Assembly: GCF_018350175.1 (NCBI RefSeq)
Contig: NC_058368.1
Coordinates: forward strand, 162,628,001-162,692,000
DNA length: 64,000 nt
Reading direction: 5' to 3'
Source: Felis catus
Taxonomy: Eukaryota
The notes below the pieces were generated by a model. It was not told the DNA's origin and made no database searches. It saw only the letters and a list, made by a program, of their open reading frames with translations. The position numbers were made by a program, and so were the translations under genes. The stretch's first letter is position 1. Each line of letters starts with the position of its first letter. Positions 36,221 to 49,959 of this stretch are shown here, one piece after another.

Positions 36221-39200
36221 ATCCTTGTAACATTCCATATCCTTCCACTGACATTGGACCATACCATGAGATAACATATGGCAATCCAACTAAATTTACC
36301 AATTTCTTGGGCCCCAAACCTCTAACTTGACCCACAAATGAATAGATTGAATATGACCAGTGACAGAAGACAAAGTCTAAGGCACATCTTTATGTTGAAT
36401 TTTTGGCAAATATGGCATCCAACCTAAGGGAAAAGATAGCTCTTCAAATTCAAGTTTATAAATTCTCAAAAAGGAGAGATTTTTTATATTTCTTTTCAAG
36501 TATTTGACCTCAATTATGGTCAAGAGAGATAATAATCACTATCAAGTGGTCCCTTTTTCAAAGTACATACTGAACAGTAGCTTCAATTTTTAAAATCTGT
36601 GTCTTTGTATAACTGGAACAAGTAAAATGGTCTCAAATGCATTTGTTGTGCACTGAGAGTTCAGAGTGCTGAGTGTATTTGCCTTTGCAAAAGGGAGAAG
36701 GGGTACCAATAAGACACACATCTCTAAAACTTGCTTTCCTCATCAAGGAGAACTATACTGTAATTTCAGCATCTTTTTATTTAGCTGTAAAATCCTTTAT
36801 TCCTATGTAAATTTTATCCACATCGACAAAATCTAATTAAAAATTACTATGAATCAAACTTTTTTAAAGCAGAGAACTCCTTCCACTCACTAAATTATAC
36901 CTTTTAATCACTTATCTACAATGAACCAACAAACGGGGAAGATATGGGCCATCTAAGCCTAAGTGGCAAGAGTTATCACATCCAATGGTAAATCCTCAGA
37001 GGCTACAAAATGTATAATTTTTATTAGATATGTCAATTATTGGTATACAAACCTGAAAGTATCCTTCTTTCCTACATAACATAGCTGACTAAGTTAGCAA
37101 ACCCTTCTATGCCACTAGATGGATGGCTCTCTTGATAATATTCCAGGCCATTTCTGTTAAGGTTCAGACACTTTCGTTAAGAAAACAGCAGAAGGACAGT
37201 TATCTATTCTTAGAATTTAAAATATTTTTGATTAAATATTTATATACTCAGACATGGACTGGATTTGTTACCCTATTGGTTTGGTGCAAAGGTGTGTTGG
37301 GCTCACTCCTTTGTCTCCCCCATCCATCTTAACTGGCCTTAGTCCCTGGTGTCAGGGTGGGCTAGGGATAAGAGAAAGGAGAGAGGAAATTCATTTATGT
37401 GAGTGCCCATGAAGTTTGCTTTCTTTTTTATGTTGACATCACCATTGATCTTGATTCAGCAACAATCACAAGCAACTACCCTAATCCAGTCTCCATGTCT
37501 TCAAATTCAAGGTAAATCATAATACCCACAACCTCCCCCACTCTCCCACAGAAGCAGCTCAGCCTCACAAAGCATGGCATGTGCACTTTCCTGTTCTGGT
37601 GCTGTGTGTCCCAGAAATCCCATTGCTGCAGTCCTATTTAACATCTGTGACCCTAACATACTAAAATTCATCCTTTATTGCCCTTAGGACCAGAAATTCA
37701 AGGGGAAGTCTGGGTACTGTCGCCACCAGGCCCACTGTCACATATACTACTCTGGTATCTTTCCCAGTGATTTTTCTCTAGTTCTGGGTATGAGTCATAT
37801 GGATATATTCAATATTCAAGCATACTTTCAGCAGAAGAGAGTTCGGTCTCTGTATCTTGAATATAAACATGAATTTTATGAACAGTTCTTTTTCTACCCC
37901 ATTTCCTTGATTTTAGAGAAGAGAATCCATAGCATACCTTCTCATCTTTTCCAAAAAGAAAGAAAAAGGGATGGCTGCTGATATCCTCAAAATGTATGCT
38001 CCACAAAAGTGATCTGTTCTCTCTCTCAATACTACCTCTATGTTTTCCATGTTAAGAAAAGAAAAAGGGTTATTTTGACTTATTTAAACTAGGATATCAC
38101 CAACCGCAAAACCTGGGCCTTCTTTAAAACATCCTTTGGAGAATTTACTAACTGCTTTCATAAGGCAATTCTGCTATAATTCTTAAACAATTTGGTAACT
38201 TAAGTGAATGGAGAAGCTCCCTACCAGTGACTTCTGTCATATTTTTAGGTGACACCTAAAGAAGAGGCATTCAACAAATGATCAAATGTGAATGTAAATA
38301 CACGCAACGTACACTATTCTCTTTTGGCAAGGGGGCTACTTTTCCACCTTACAAGTCCTCTTGTGATTTGACTTTAAAATCAGCATCAGGTTTATTAATA
38401 ACATAACTTCAGTGCAGTAGTTGCACTTTTAGAGAAAAGAAATGATGTCACTGAAATAGCGATAATTTACCATTTCTTGGATATTCTCATCAATTGTGTT
38501 ACAGAGATACCAGAGAATCACATGAAGAGGAAAATAATTAGTACCTAGAAATGTAATTTTGACAGAATATGAGCCATGTCTCTATTGAACAGTAGTGACA
38601 TAAAGCATGTGTCAGTATTATAGGCCTGTTTCCAATTAGGAAACTGATGCATGGAGAGCCATTCATCACTACCATGATTTGCACTAAGGAATTAAGTGCC
38701 TAGAGGGCATGGTTTTAGAGAAGCTCAGAATGGGGCATAACAACAGATTTATAGTCACTATTTTAACATTTAAATCAATGCTTGATTACTAAAAGCTTTA
38801 TAGGAAGTACTTATAGAATATTCAAAAAAGCATTTAGGAATTGATAGCAAAAAATTACATGCATATTTTCAAGCCATAAACAATATTCTGATCACCAATT
38901 TTAAGTGAGAACATGTCCTTGCATAATATACAGTAGTATATCCTAAAAATATTTTATAAGCAGTAAGTTATTTTATTTTCTAATTTCCTCTGAAACTAAA
39001 TGCTAATTGTTTCTCTGAATCACAGCTCTTAAGAGCAGGCCTAGAAACCACTGTCAGTATGTTTATTGCTCTGTGATCTCTTAAGAAAAATGAGTATACC
39101 CAGAATATACACATTTGGAAGTACTTTTGTTAGAGCTAAATAGAGTTCAGCAATAAAACAAATAAGTAAATCTACCAAACGAGACAACAATGCCTGGAGT

Positions 39201-39534
39201 GTGCCCAGGATGATTTTCATCCCCTCAGCACCAAACTCTCCCAAATGCTAACGCTCAAAACTTCACAGTAGGTCATGCAGAAAAGTCAATGCATCACACA
39301 TGGACTGTGTGTTAGAGTTTTCTCAAAGTCTGAGATCATGGACATTCATGCAAATTTTACATAATTCTTAGGAATACATTGAAAATATATAGACTCTTTG
39401 TTCAGTCTTCCACATAGGAAAATTTTATTAGCATTTTCAGCCATGGTTTTAATATGATTCTCTTTACAAAAATTTCATTGAGTTATTTTCTATTCTATTT
39501 TAGTTCTATTCTATTTAGTTCTACTCTATTTTAG

Positions 39535-40400
39535 TTCTGTCAATTTTTTATTTATAGGCTTAGCAGTTCTGTTATTAGTTAATTTAGAGTTGCTATGTCT
39601 TCCTAATAAAGTGTCCCTTATATCATTAGGAAATGTCATACTTTACCACATGTAATACCCCTTGTCTTAAAATCTGCTTCTAGTAGCAATAGAGTTTTTT
39701 TGTTTGTTTGTTTTAGCTTACCCAGACCTATGTTTTACATGATATACATTTTACCTACTCTTAAATTTAATCTATGTCTTTATATTTAAAGAGCATCTCT
39801 TGTAGACAACATATATTTGGGGCTTGTTTTACATCCAGTCTGACAATTGCTGCCTTTAAATATATATACTGATGTGATTGGGTTTATATCTACCATCTTA
39901 CCATACATTCTCCATTTCTTCCTGTCTACTATCATCTTCTTTTGGGGGACAATATAATATCTTTTTGTATTACATTAATTCCCTTATCAAAGTTTATAAC
40001 AAGCCTTAATTTCATTAATCCATATTTCATACTTCTCATTTCTCATTTTATACTTGGCATCTCAAAATGCAATAACCCTAAAAGAGGATAATTCCAATTA
40101 CCTGCATTTGTCTCATACACTATTTTGTTATATATTTTGTTATATAACTATATGTTATAAAACCCAAGTTAAAGTGTTATTATTTTGGCTTTAAGTAATC
40201 ACTTGACTGTTAAGCAAATTATGAGAAGAAAAAAATATTTGGTGTATTTACCTACATATGAAAGATCTTTATTATTGCCTATACATCTTACTTTCTATAC
40301 AGTATTATTTACTTTAAGTCTGAAAAATAGTCTTCAAAATTTCAAATACTGAATTTTCTTAGTTTCCATTTATCTGCAAATAACTTGATTGTAATTTTTT
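39535..40400 (-). mobile_element. Ancient L1M fragment around the ORF2 endonuclease start
   Basis: 'tatcattaggaaatgtc...cttgtcttaaaatct...tctcttgtagacaacatat...atccagtctgacaat'. Confidence 0.75.
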
Positions 40401-41809
40401 TTAAGTTAGTCATTATATAGTTCTTCTTAAGTGTAAGAGTCTCCGTATTTCTGGATCAACCATCCAAAGCACTTTAGAATTTTAAATATCCTGTCTTTAA
40501 TTTCCTCATAAAAAATAGATGGGCCACATACAAAGAAAAAGAGCTTACTGATGTAAATCTCATCCTACAATCTTTTCTAGTAAAGACATCAATAATTGGA
40601 AAAAATTATGAGAGTCTCTGAAAAAGCAGTTAAGTAAGTCCTTTAAATTAGATATGTGAGAGACAACCTGTTTTTTTAACCCACGTATTATTTATATAAG
40701 AAAGCTTACTTGGCTACGTCAACAATAAAAGAAATAGAGTAGCTTTTTTTTTCTTTTTGAGATTTTGAGTTGTTTTGGGTTGTTTCTTTAGGAAACATAG
40801 GAACAGGATTCCCATTTCCTCATCTATAAAATTATTAAGTAAGGTCAACAGAATTTTTTTAATGTAATGTGTGGTGGGTACATCAATTTCAGGGGAAAAA
40901 AAGCACTCATGGATTTTCTGGGGCTTTTGACTTGCTATGGAGAGCACAAGTGATTGCATTGGATCTGGTATATTTCAAATATAAGGTGTTTTCCTACATG
41001 ATATTCTTGTGTATGAAATGGTCTGAAAGAACAAATAAAGAAAAAGACCTTCTATGGTATTTTTAGATATTTCAAGATAAAAGTGTAAGTTTTCCTTCTT
41101 GTTGACTGCAACCAGACTATATCTAAGTAATTACCTGCATACAAGAGGAAATGGCAGTGGTAAATAAGAATTATGACACAGGAAGTTTTTGTTATAGTGT
41201 ATTTTCATGTTTTAATTATCTTTTTCAAGATTTTAAATGAAATGAAAGTAGACAAAATAGTCATATGCAAATCACCAATTGCAAAGCATGGGTAAACCAT
41301 ATCATCTTTGTCTTTGTTGCTCCTCTAACTCCATGGCATTTGGAAGAGAACTCAATGTAGCATGTATTAAAAACCCATTAGAAAATAACTAAACCAAATA
41401 GAAATATATATGCTGCTTTCATAAAGTTACCATTGCCTCAAGTATTTTGGGAACTTGACAGATATATCTGAATTCTATTATTATCAACCTCAGTTTTTAC
41501 TTCTCTTTTTAAAAAAAGCAGTATATCCACCCACGGGTCACCTATATAATTCTTTTCTCCCTTTTACAACTGATTTTTCAATACCTTAAGCCCATGTCAT
41601 TTCATTTGTGTATTTTTAACACTAAACATGGTGTTTAGATCACAAGTTTTGGATAAATTATTGAACATGAATGCCTATCTTTCTTCAGTCTATTCTTCCT
41701 AAGGTCCTGACAAAATACTATTGCTTAAAATGATGTGGTTTGGACTGTAGATCTTGAATAAATTAGAAAGTTTTTTACTGATGATAACTTATTAATTTAT
41801 TTTTGATTT

Positions 41810-42027
41810 TTAAATTTTTAAAATGTTATTAAGTTTATTTACTTATTTAGAGTGATAGAGCACCAGCAGGGGAGGGGTAGAGAGAGAAGTGAGAGAGAGA
41901 ATCCCACATGGGTTCCACACTGTCAGCACAGAGCCCAATGTGGGGTTTGACCTCACAAACTGTGAGATCACAACCAGAGCTGAAATCAAGAGGTGGACAT
42001 TTAAGTGACTGAGTCACCAAGTGCCCC
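41810..42027 (-). mobile_element. SINEC
   Basis: Reverse-complement SINEC. Confidence 0.93.
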
Positions 42028-42186
42028 TAAAATTATTTCAGCAGTAAATTGGTCTGGAAGTATTGTTTATAATTTAGGTAATGGGTCTTCTTATTGGAGC
42101 CTATTGTGGAAAAAAGGTATTTATGGTCAATGAGAAAAATCCAACACTACTCAAAGTATTAAATATTGTTAAGACACCTCAGAACA

Positions 42187-42380
42187 GGGGTGCCTGGGTG
42201 GTTCAGTTGGTTAAGTGTCCGACTTCAGCTCAGGTCATGATCTCACAGTTTGTGAGTTCAAGCCCCACATTGGGCTCTACACTGACAGCTCAGAGCCTGC
42301 TTCAGATTCTCTGTCTCTCTCTCTGCCCCTCTTCTGCTCGTGTTCTCTCTCAAAAATAAACAAACATTAAAATTAAAAAA
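42187..42380 (+). mobile_element. SINEC
   Basis: TSD gacacctcagaa on both sides. Confidence 0.95.
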
Positions 42381-44054
42381 TGACACCTCAGAATAAACTC
42401 AAAGACAGCATTCACCTACTACTATCATTACATACAGAAGGCTTAGTGGAATCTCAGCAGGGAAATACTCTACTTGCTGTAATGCTCCACAGAGGTTTCC
42501 TAACTATAAATATTCTTCATGTCACCATATTTATTGACAAAAATTGTCATATAGAAACATATAGTTTGTGTGTATGTTGTTTAGTGAATACTGAGTTTTG
42601 TTTATGCTACGTTCTAGAGAACAGTTTGCAAATGTCCAAATTTATCAAATTGTACACATCAAGTATGTATATTTATATATCAATTATTATTCAAATGTAA
42701 CAATTTGTGTATACCTCAAAAATGAAAATACCTCCAAAATATATTTCATAAATTATTTTTATAGCACTGTGAACTATAAATAATGACACATTTCACTCAA
42801 CAAAACTCTAAAATGAGCTCCATAAGTTCAGAAATGTATCTAACAGAGTAATATTATTTTTTCTCTAATATTTTCATATTTACTGTGATGTTTTTGAGTA
42901 CACATGTACATGCATGCACACATATTTACCTTACATGTTTTTTTTAACTCCATGATAAATTTCCTCAATACCTCCACTTATGAAACTACCCTAGTATTAT
43001 ACAGTGAATCAAGTCCCTGGAGCAATGAACAGAGAACTGAAATGGTTAGGCTCATCAACATGGATCAGCATTCTTATGATTTTCTTCCTAGATGCCTGTA
43101 TATTCCTAAACTCTGTGTCATACCTCCTTTAGGTGGCAGGAAAAAATAAGGGAAATTTCCTTGACAAGTTCCTAGGGAAAGCAGAAGGTAGAAAATTGTG
43201 TTTAACATTAAAAAGGAAGAGTTACAATAATGAACAAGTTCCAATGTAAAAATACAGAATCTAGCAAAAGTGTATCTACAACCGCCTAAGACTTAAAAGC
43301 TCAGAGAAGCTGTAGGTATCTACAAGGGCTTTAATTTGGAACTCAGGAGTTTTCAGCCCAGGACATAGATTCAAAGATCAGGTCAGGTAAATTCATGAAG
43401 ATGGATAAGGAAAAGAGAATTAAAAACCAGGTCCCTGCGAAGGAACTTTTGGTGCAAAGAGATCAAAATTAGAACTGCAGTTAGGTCCTACAGAGTAAAT
43501 TAAATACTCAATAGATATTTGCTGGGTGAATAAATGTATGAGTTTAGTAATCTATTTATTGAATCATAGCAAAAGTTTACAGATGAAAACAATGGTAGTG
43601 TATTTACAATTCTGTCGATTTAATGAGTAATTCTGCTCTTTGTCCATTTTCTGGGGTCATTAATAGGACTGTGTTGAGAGTATGACTGGTGCCAACTCAG
43701 TTCTACACATGTGTTCAGTACGTTTCTCCCTCCACAAGATTTTTCTCTCCCCCTACCCCAGGCCCTTTCATGTGGCCTCTGTCTCTGGCAGCATGGCCTG
43801 GAGTTTCTTAGAGTACAGCAGCTGTATTTCACTTCACTACAGCACAAACAAGGTGAATGAATATTCAGGGATGTTCTCAAATTGATGTTTAAATTCCAAA
43901 GTTTTGGTTTGTACGAGGATTGATAAATTAATACCTAAAAATACACTGCATTTTCGAAAAGACATGCATAAGGCCAGTAGATGTCTGTATGATAGGGGTA
44001 AGACATATTATTATCTTATTCATTCTGATCCACTAAAAATTTATTGTATATCTG

Positions 44055-44615
44055 TATTTTTAAGTATTTTTGTGATAAAAAATATAGAACATAAAATTTG
44101 CTGCTTTAACTATTTTTCAGTGTATAATTCAATGGCACTAATCATATTCACAATTTTGTGTAACCTTCACTACAGTCTATTTCCAAAACTTTTCATCACC
44201 CCAGGGAGACATTCTGTATCCAATTAAGCAATACTTCCACATTGCTTCCTACTCCCCATCCTTAGTTACCTATAATCTAGTTTCTCTGTAATTTTGCTTA
44301 TTCCAGATATTTCGTACAAGTGGAATCATACAATCTGTGTCCTTTTGTGTCTGGCTTTTCTCAATATTACACGCTGAAGATTGATCCATGCTGTGGCATT
44401 TATCTGCAATTAATTCCTTCCTGTGGGTGAATAAAATTTCACTGTATATGTTTAGCACATTGTGTTTAACCACACTTTTCGGCTATTGTGAATGAGGCTG
44501 CACTGAACACTGGCATACGTGTTTGGGTCCTTCTTTTTCAATTCCTTTGAGCATATACACCCAGGACTAAGTTTTCTGGGTAATGTGGTAATTCTATGTT
44601 TAACTTTTTGAGGTA
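44055..44615 (-). mobile_element. Old L1 (L1MB-like) 3' end
   Basis: 'ttccaaaacttttcatcaccc...agtggaatcatacaat...ggtaattctatgtttaactttttgagg'. Confidence 0.85.
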
Positions 44616-46852
44616 GAGTGCCTATTTTATATCAAGTACATCCAATAGCATTTCCATTTAAATACATTCATATATGTTTCATGTGTTTTGTTTTTTCATT
44701 AAAAAAATTGTTTGTGATATACATGTACTCTGCCATAGATGTTTTCTGTTATGCTTTGTTCTTTTATTACTTGTTATGTACTTTATTACCCCACGGAGAA
44801 TATGTAAACGTATTTCCTTTAATTTGATGATCTTCACCCATACCCCAAACTGGCTGGCATGCTTAAGATCTCATTTCTTTTTATCTCCATCCATCCCCAA
44901 GCCTAAGCTGCCTATTATCCTCTGTAACTAGTCACATAGGCTCTTCTAATAGGAGAGTTTTATACTCAAATTATGGCACCTGAACTGAGGTGTCTCGTGA
45001 CTAAAATAAAATGCTGGAAGTATTTTATCATTTCTTCAAGGTAACATTTTCCTCTATTACTCATAGTCAAAAGCTATTGTCACTTGCTTATTAGTAAATG
45101 CAAACAAATGGAAAATGAATGAATAAGGAACAAAGAAGACTCAGAAGACATGTTTTTATTCTGTATATATTTATTTCTATCGACATGGTGGTATGATTAT
45201 GACTTTTATAGCAGCATATAATATAAAGTAACTTGCCAAAAATCAGTTAAGTTCATGTGTATATGCTAAAACTGAATCAACCCATGTTTCACCCAGAGCT
45301 CCTAGACTTCCAGAACTCCACACTTGGATACCTCATAGCCCTGAACTTAGAAAGTTAGAATGATCATGACTCCTGGCTGTTTGGTAATTCCTAAGATCAA
45401 GGAAAATGCCATCAGAGGATAATTGGAGAGCAGGAAGGAGACAAATCAGCAGAGCAAACCCATATGCCAAATGCAGAGTCACCTGCAACCACCCAAGACT
45501 GAGACATTCAGGCAGTGTTATAGGACAACTTTTTTTTTTGGCTCTGTTACATCTTAAAAGACATCTTAATGAAAGGAGAATGATAAATGAGCAGCCACGC
45601 AAGACCTCTGCTAGGATTAATAAATGGGAAACCCCTATCACCAACCCCATCTAAGAAGGCACTGATCATAACTTGTCATCTTAATAACATTTTAATGCCA
45701 GCTCCAGATTCATTGCATTTTTATGGAAATTTAAATCATGCCCAAGTGTGGAACACCTCCAATAATGAGCATGAAAATGCAAAGAGATTTTGATTAATAT
45801 CAGCTACTAAAGAACGAGAAATATTTTGTGGGGAGGTGGGGGGCTTCACAAAGTGTTTTGAGGCTGTTTTAATGTTACTATATTTATAGTATGTATGTGC
45901 ATTAGGGTTTGGATCTGTGAATATAATTTTTTAAGCTAAGATTTAAGACAGGATTTTTTTTTCTAATTATGAACAGTTCTTGTCATGAAGGCTTCTAAGA
46001 AGCTTTATTCAGCAACACATTTTGCACAGATAGGAGATTTCTATTCACAAGTTTACTCCTACAGCTGCACAAAGTAGAATACAACACAAAACTTCTTAAC
46101 TTCAGGTTATGGAAGGCAAGAAGAAGATAAATTATGGTAGTCTTACTACAAAAATTGCATCAGAAGTTACACTTGAGATTTCTTCAGAATCTGGCCTCCA
46201 AGTTACATGACTATCATTTAGAACACACACCAATGTGGTATTCTCAAACAAGTTACATTGACGCTTTGAGGCACTGGAAACGCGAAAATTCTCAATATTT
46301 TACAAAGCAATGTCAAACAGAAATGTCAGAAAATACATCAGGCTTTTTGGCATCTTTGAAGCAGACAGGACCTGGAAAAAGTATCATCTACTCGACAGAT
46401 GACAGAATCTAAGTAAAAGTGGTATTTTGACGGCAATAATACTTTTTTTCCCCTTTTTCTTAGAATAAATCTATAGAAACCTTGCTAATGCTTTTTTAAG
46501 CCTATACCAACTGTGGATTTATGTTGAGGTGAAATTCAAATGAAAGAATTATGGAACTAATTTTAAAAACTAAATATAGTATTTCTAACTTCTTAGCCAT
46601 TATCAGGTATATGACACTTATACACTATTAAATAATTTCACAGCATCAATAAAGTAGTCAGACATGTCTTGTTTGATGGAATGAATGTCAGGTGCAAGGG
46701 CACAAGCTTCATCTCTCCCACTCTTTCCAACAACACTGCCGTCACAACTCTACCCCACTCTCCTGCCACACCACACCTCTTTCTGCTCCTTTATCGCTTC
46801 TCATTATTTCATGCATTCTTCAGTGAGTCCACTTACTGGTTTATTTTTAAAA

Positions 46853-46857
<5 letters not shown>

Positions 46858-46909
<52 letters not shown>
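46858..46909. repeat. (TA)~25 microsatellite
   Basis: Read directly. Confidence 0.97.
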
Positions 46910-46912
<3 letters not shown>

Positions 46913-46959
46913 AAGCAGAGGGCTAAAAGCTGCATCTTAAAAAAATCATCAAGCCAGAA

Positions 46960-47330
46960 GTGACCACTCTCATCATTCAAAGTACTGAAATGTCTCCACA
47001 TTTTTGAACGTGCATTTTCGTAGTTTTGGAATACCCCCTCCTTTATCTCCTGCCTAATTGTTTGAGTCATTATTGTCATTGAACTCACATAGAGACTTTT
47101 TTTGAAGGCTTCCTTATTCTTTCTCCAAGAAAGAGCAAATGTTCTCTCTTCAATATTCTCATTACTTCTTGGACCTGTCTCTGTACATATCAGTAGGGAA
47201 TATTTCTTTACATATTTGTTCATCTCCACCAGAATGTAAACTTCATATGAGCAGAAATCATGAATAATTCACCATAATGCTTGGTACACAGTCAGTATCC
47301 AATAAATTAGTTGGTTTGATGAAGGAATAA
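46960..47330 (+). mobile_element. L2 3' end
   Basis: 'agaatgtaaacttcat...gcttggtacacagtcagtatccaataaatt'. Confidence 0.6.
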
Positions 47331-47699
47331 GGATGAAGAAGCTTCTTTCATTTACCACTTTTTCCCTAAAATCTTTGGTATATACTCTGTATCTACAAAT
47401 ATCTTTCCAACTCATAGGTACATATTTTTAGATGGGCAAAAGAATTTCTAAATTATTAAAAATATCATAAAACAAAAAATATTTTAATATAAAAATACTA
47501 ATGAAAATCTAAGAAAATATCACCAAAAATTTAAAAGATAAATAATGAGTGAAAAAGTAGACTTCATTGAACATGATAAATAGTCCACTATTAATCAGTA
47601 CATTAATCAATGGAATGTCAACTATAACAAGATAGAATCCATCTTCTGAATAGAGAAGATATTTTTAATTCCATTGAGACTATATAGCCAAATAGGCAC

Positions 47700-47836
47700 T
47701 TACATATACCAGTGGTGGAAGTACACATACAGATTCAAAGGATATGTGTACCCTGATATTTGTAGCAGCATTATCAACAACAGCCAAACTATGGAAAGAG
47801 CCCAAATGTCTATCAGCTGAATAATGGATAAAGATG

Positions 47837-47894
<58 letters not shown>

Positions 47895-48338
47895 ACACAC
47901 ACACACACACACACACACACACCAGAATAGTTTTCAGCCATTAAAAAGAATGGAATCTTGCCATTTGCAATGATGTGGATGGAACTAGCGTGTATTATGG
48001 TAAGCAAAATAAGTCAGTCAGAGAATGACGAATAACATATGATTTTACTCATATGTGGAATTTAAGAAACAAAACGGACAACCTTATGGGAGGGGGGAAA
48101 AGAGAGGGAGGCAAACCATAAAAGAGTCTTAATGATAGAGAACAAACAGAGGTTTTATGGAGGGAGCGGGTGGGGTATGGACTAAATGAGTGATGGGTAT
48201 TATTAAGGAGGGCATTTGTTGTGATGAGCACTGGATGTTGTATGTAATTGATGAATTACTGAATTCCACTCCTGAAACCAATATTGCACTATATGTTAAC
48301 TAAACAGAATTTAAATAAAATTTTGAAAAGAAAAAAAA
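47700..48338 (+). mobile_element. Carnivore L1 3' end with an internal microsatellite
   Basis: 'gagcccaaatgtc...gatgagcactggatgttgtatgta...aatttaaataaaa' followed by an A tail. Confidence 0.92.
47839..47922. repeat. (AT)n(GT)11(AC)14 compound microsatellite
   Basis: Read directly. Confidence 0.95.
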
Positions 48339-48508
48339 TTCCCCTTAACAAGGTAATATCCAACAGTTGTAGCTAGAGTCATGTTGTAATCTAACAAACA
48401 TCAGTTGTCTTTAATCAGTAGTAAGAAATCTTGATAATACTTTTTCTTTCCCCTGAGACAGTAAAATATTTACTAACTGCCAGCATTATGTATGTTTACT
48501 TGATTTTT

Positions 48509-48986
48509 TATTAAAGTATAATTAATACACAATGTGATTTACTTTCAGTTGTAAAACATTGATTCAACAATTCTGTACATTAAACTATCCTCACCAGGGT
48601 AAGTGTAGTCACTATCTGTCATCATATACTGTTACAATATCATGGAACACATTCCCTATGCTGTGATTTTCACCTCCATGAATTACTTATTTTATAACTG
48701 GAAGTTTGTACCTCTTATTCTTTTTATCTATTTCACCCATCCCCGCATCTACCTTCCCCTCTGGCAACCCTAGTTTGCTCTCTGTATTTAAAAGTCTGCC
48801 TTTTGTTTTTGTTTGTTTGCTTTGTGTTTCCACATATAAGTGAAATCTTATGGTATTTTCCTGCTCTGACTTATCTCATTTAGACTAATAACTTCTAGGA
48901 TAATCCATATTGTCACAAATGGCAATATCTCATTATTTTCTTGTGGCTGAGGAATATTCCATTGTGTGTATGTATGTATGTATGTA

Positions 48987-49017
<31 letters not shown>

Positions 49018-49065
49018 TATATATATATATATCCTTATCCATTTACACCTACTTGGTTGTGTATG

Positions 49066-49116
<51 letters not shown>

Positions 49117-49481
49117 TTATCCATTTATACTTGGACACTTGGCTGCTTCCGTATCTTGACTATTATAAATAATGCTGCAATAAATGAAGGGGTACATATA
49201 TTTTTTTGAATTAGTATTTTTGTTTTCTTGGGGTAAATATCCAGTAGTAGAATTAATGGATTGTCAGATATTCCTATTTTTAGTTGTCTGAGGAACCTCC
49301 ATACTGTTTTCCACAGGGGCTTCATCAGTGTACATTCCCCTCGATACAAGGGTTCCCTTTTCTCCACATCTTTACCAACATTTATTATTTCTTGTGTTTT
49401 TTTTTTTTATTTTAGCCATTATGACAGGTGTAAGGTGATATCTCATTGTGGTTTTGATTTGAATTTCCCTGATGATTAGTA
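48509..49481 (-). mobile_element. L1 3' end with a duplicated microsatellite
   Basis: ORF 49125..49367(-) resembles the ORF2 C-terminus; imperfect TSD atgtttac(t/c)tgat at 48492 and 49482. Confidence 0.92.
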
Positions 49482-49959
49482 ATGTTTACCTGATGTTTTA
49501 AGAAAATGCAAAGAAAATCATAAACTCTATATATAAATCTAAGAGCTTTGGAATAGAGATATAAATCATAACATAAATTAAACCACAGTGATTCTTTGAA
49601 AACATAATATAATAACTTATCAGATAGAAAATACATATTTTTATATTGGAATACACCTTTTGGATTATCATTTGGTATACTAGTCATTCTGCTTATATAT
49701 TAATTAATGAACTACCATGATTTGGATTCCAATAGAAGTCTTTCCATATTTTATCTCAGTAAGGAAGAACTTTGGCTGGGTTTGGATAAACTCAGCTTAG
49801 GTTATTATCATTCAACATTAGATAATTTGTTTGGACAAGAACCTCTTCTCATTGTACACATTTTATCTAAAGCAAGCCCATCTACTATTTCTGCCTCAAT
49901 CTTCATCTGTGCCTCTGATTCTTTAAGTCTATTTGTTAGCCTCTATCTTCCTTTGGATT

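Noticed and set aside
46094..46412. Possible coding exon after ttcag, and ORF 46134..46412
   Set aside because: No recognisable protein similarity, an early stop in the alternative frame, and no convincing splice donor.
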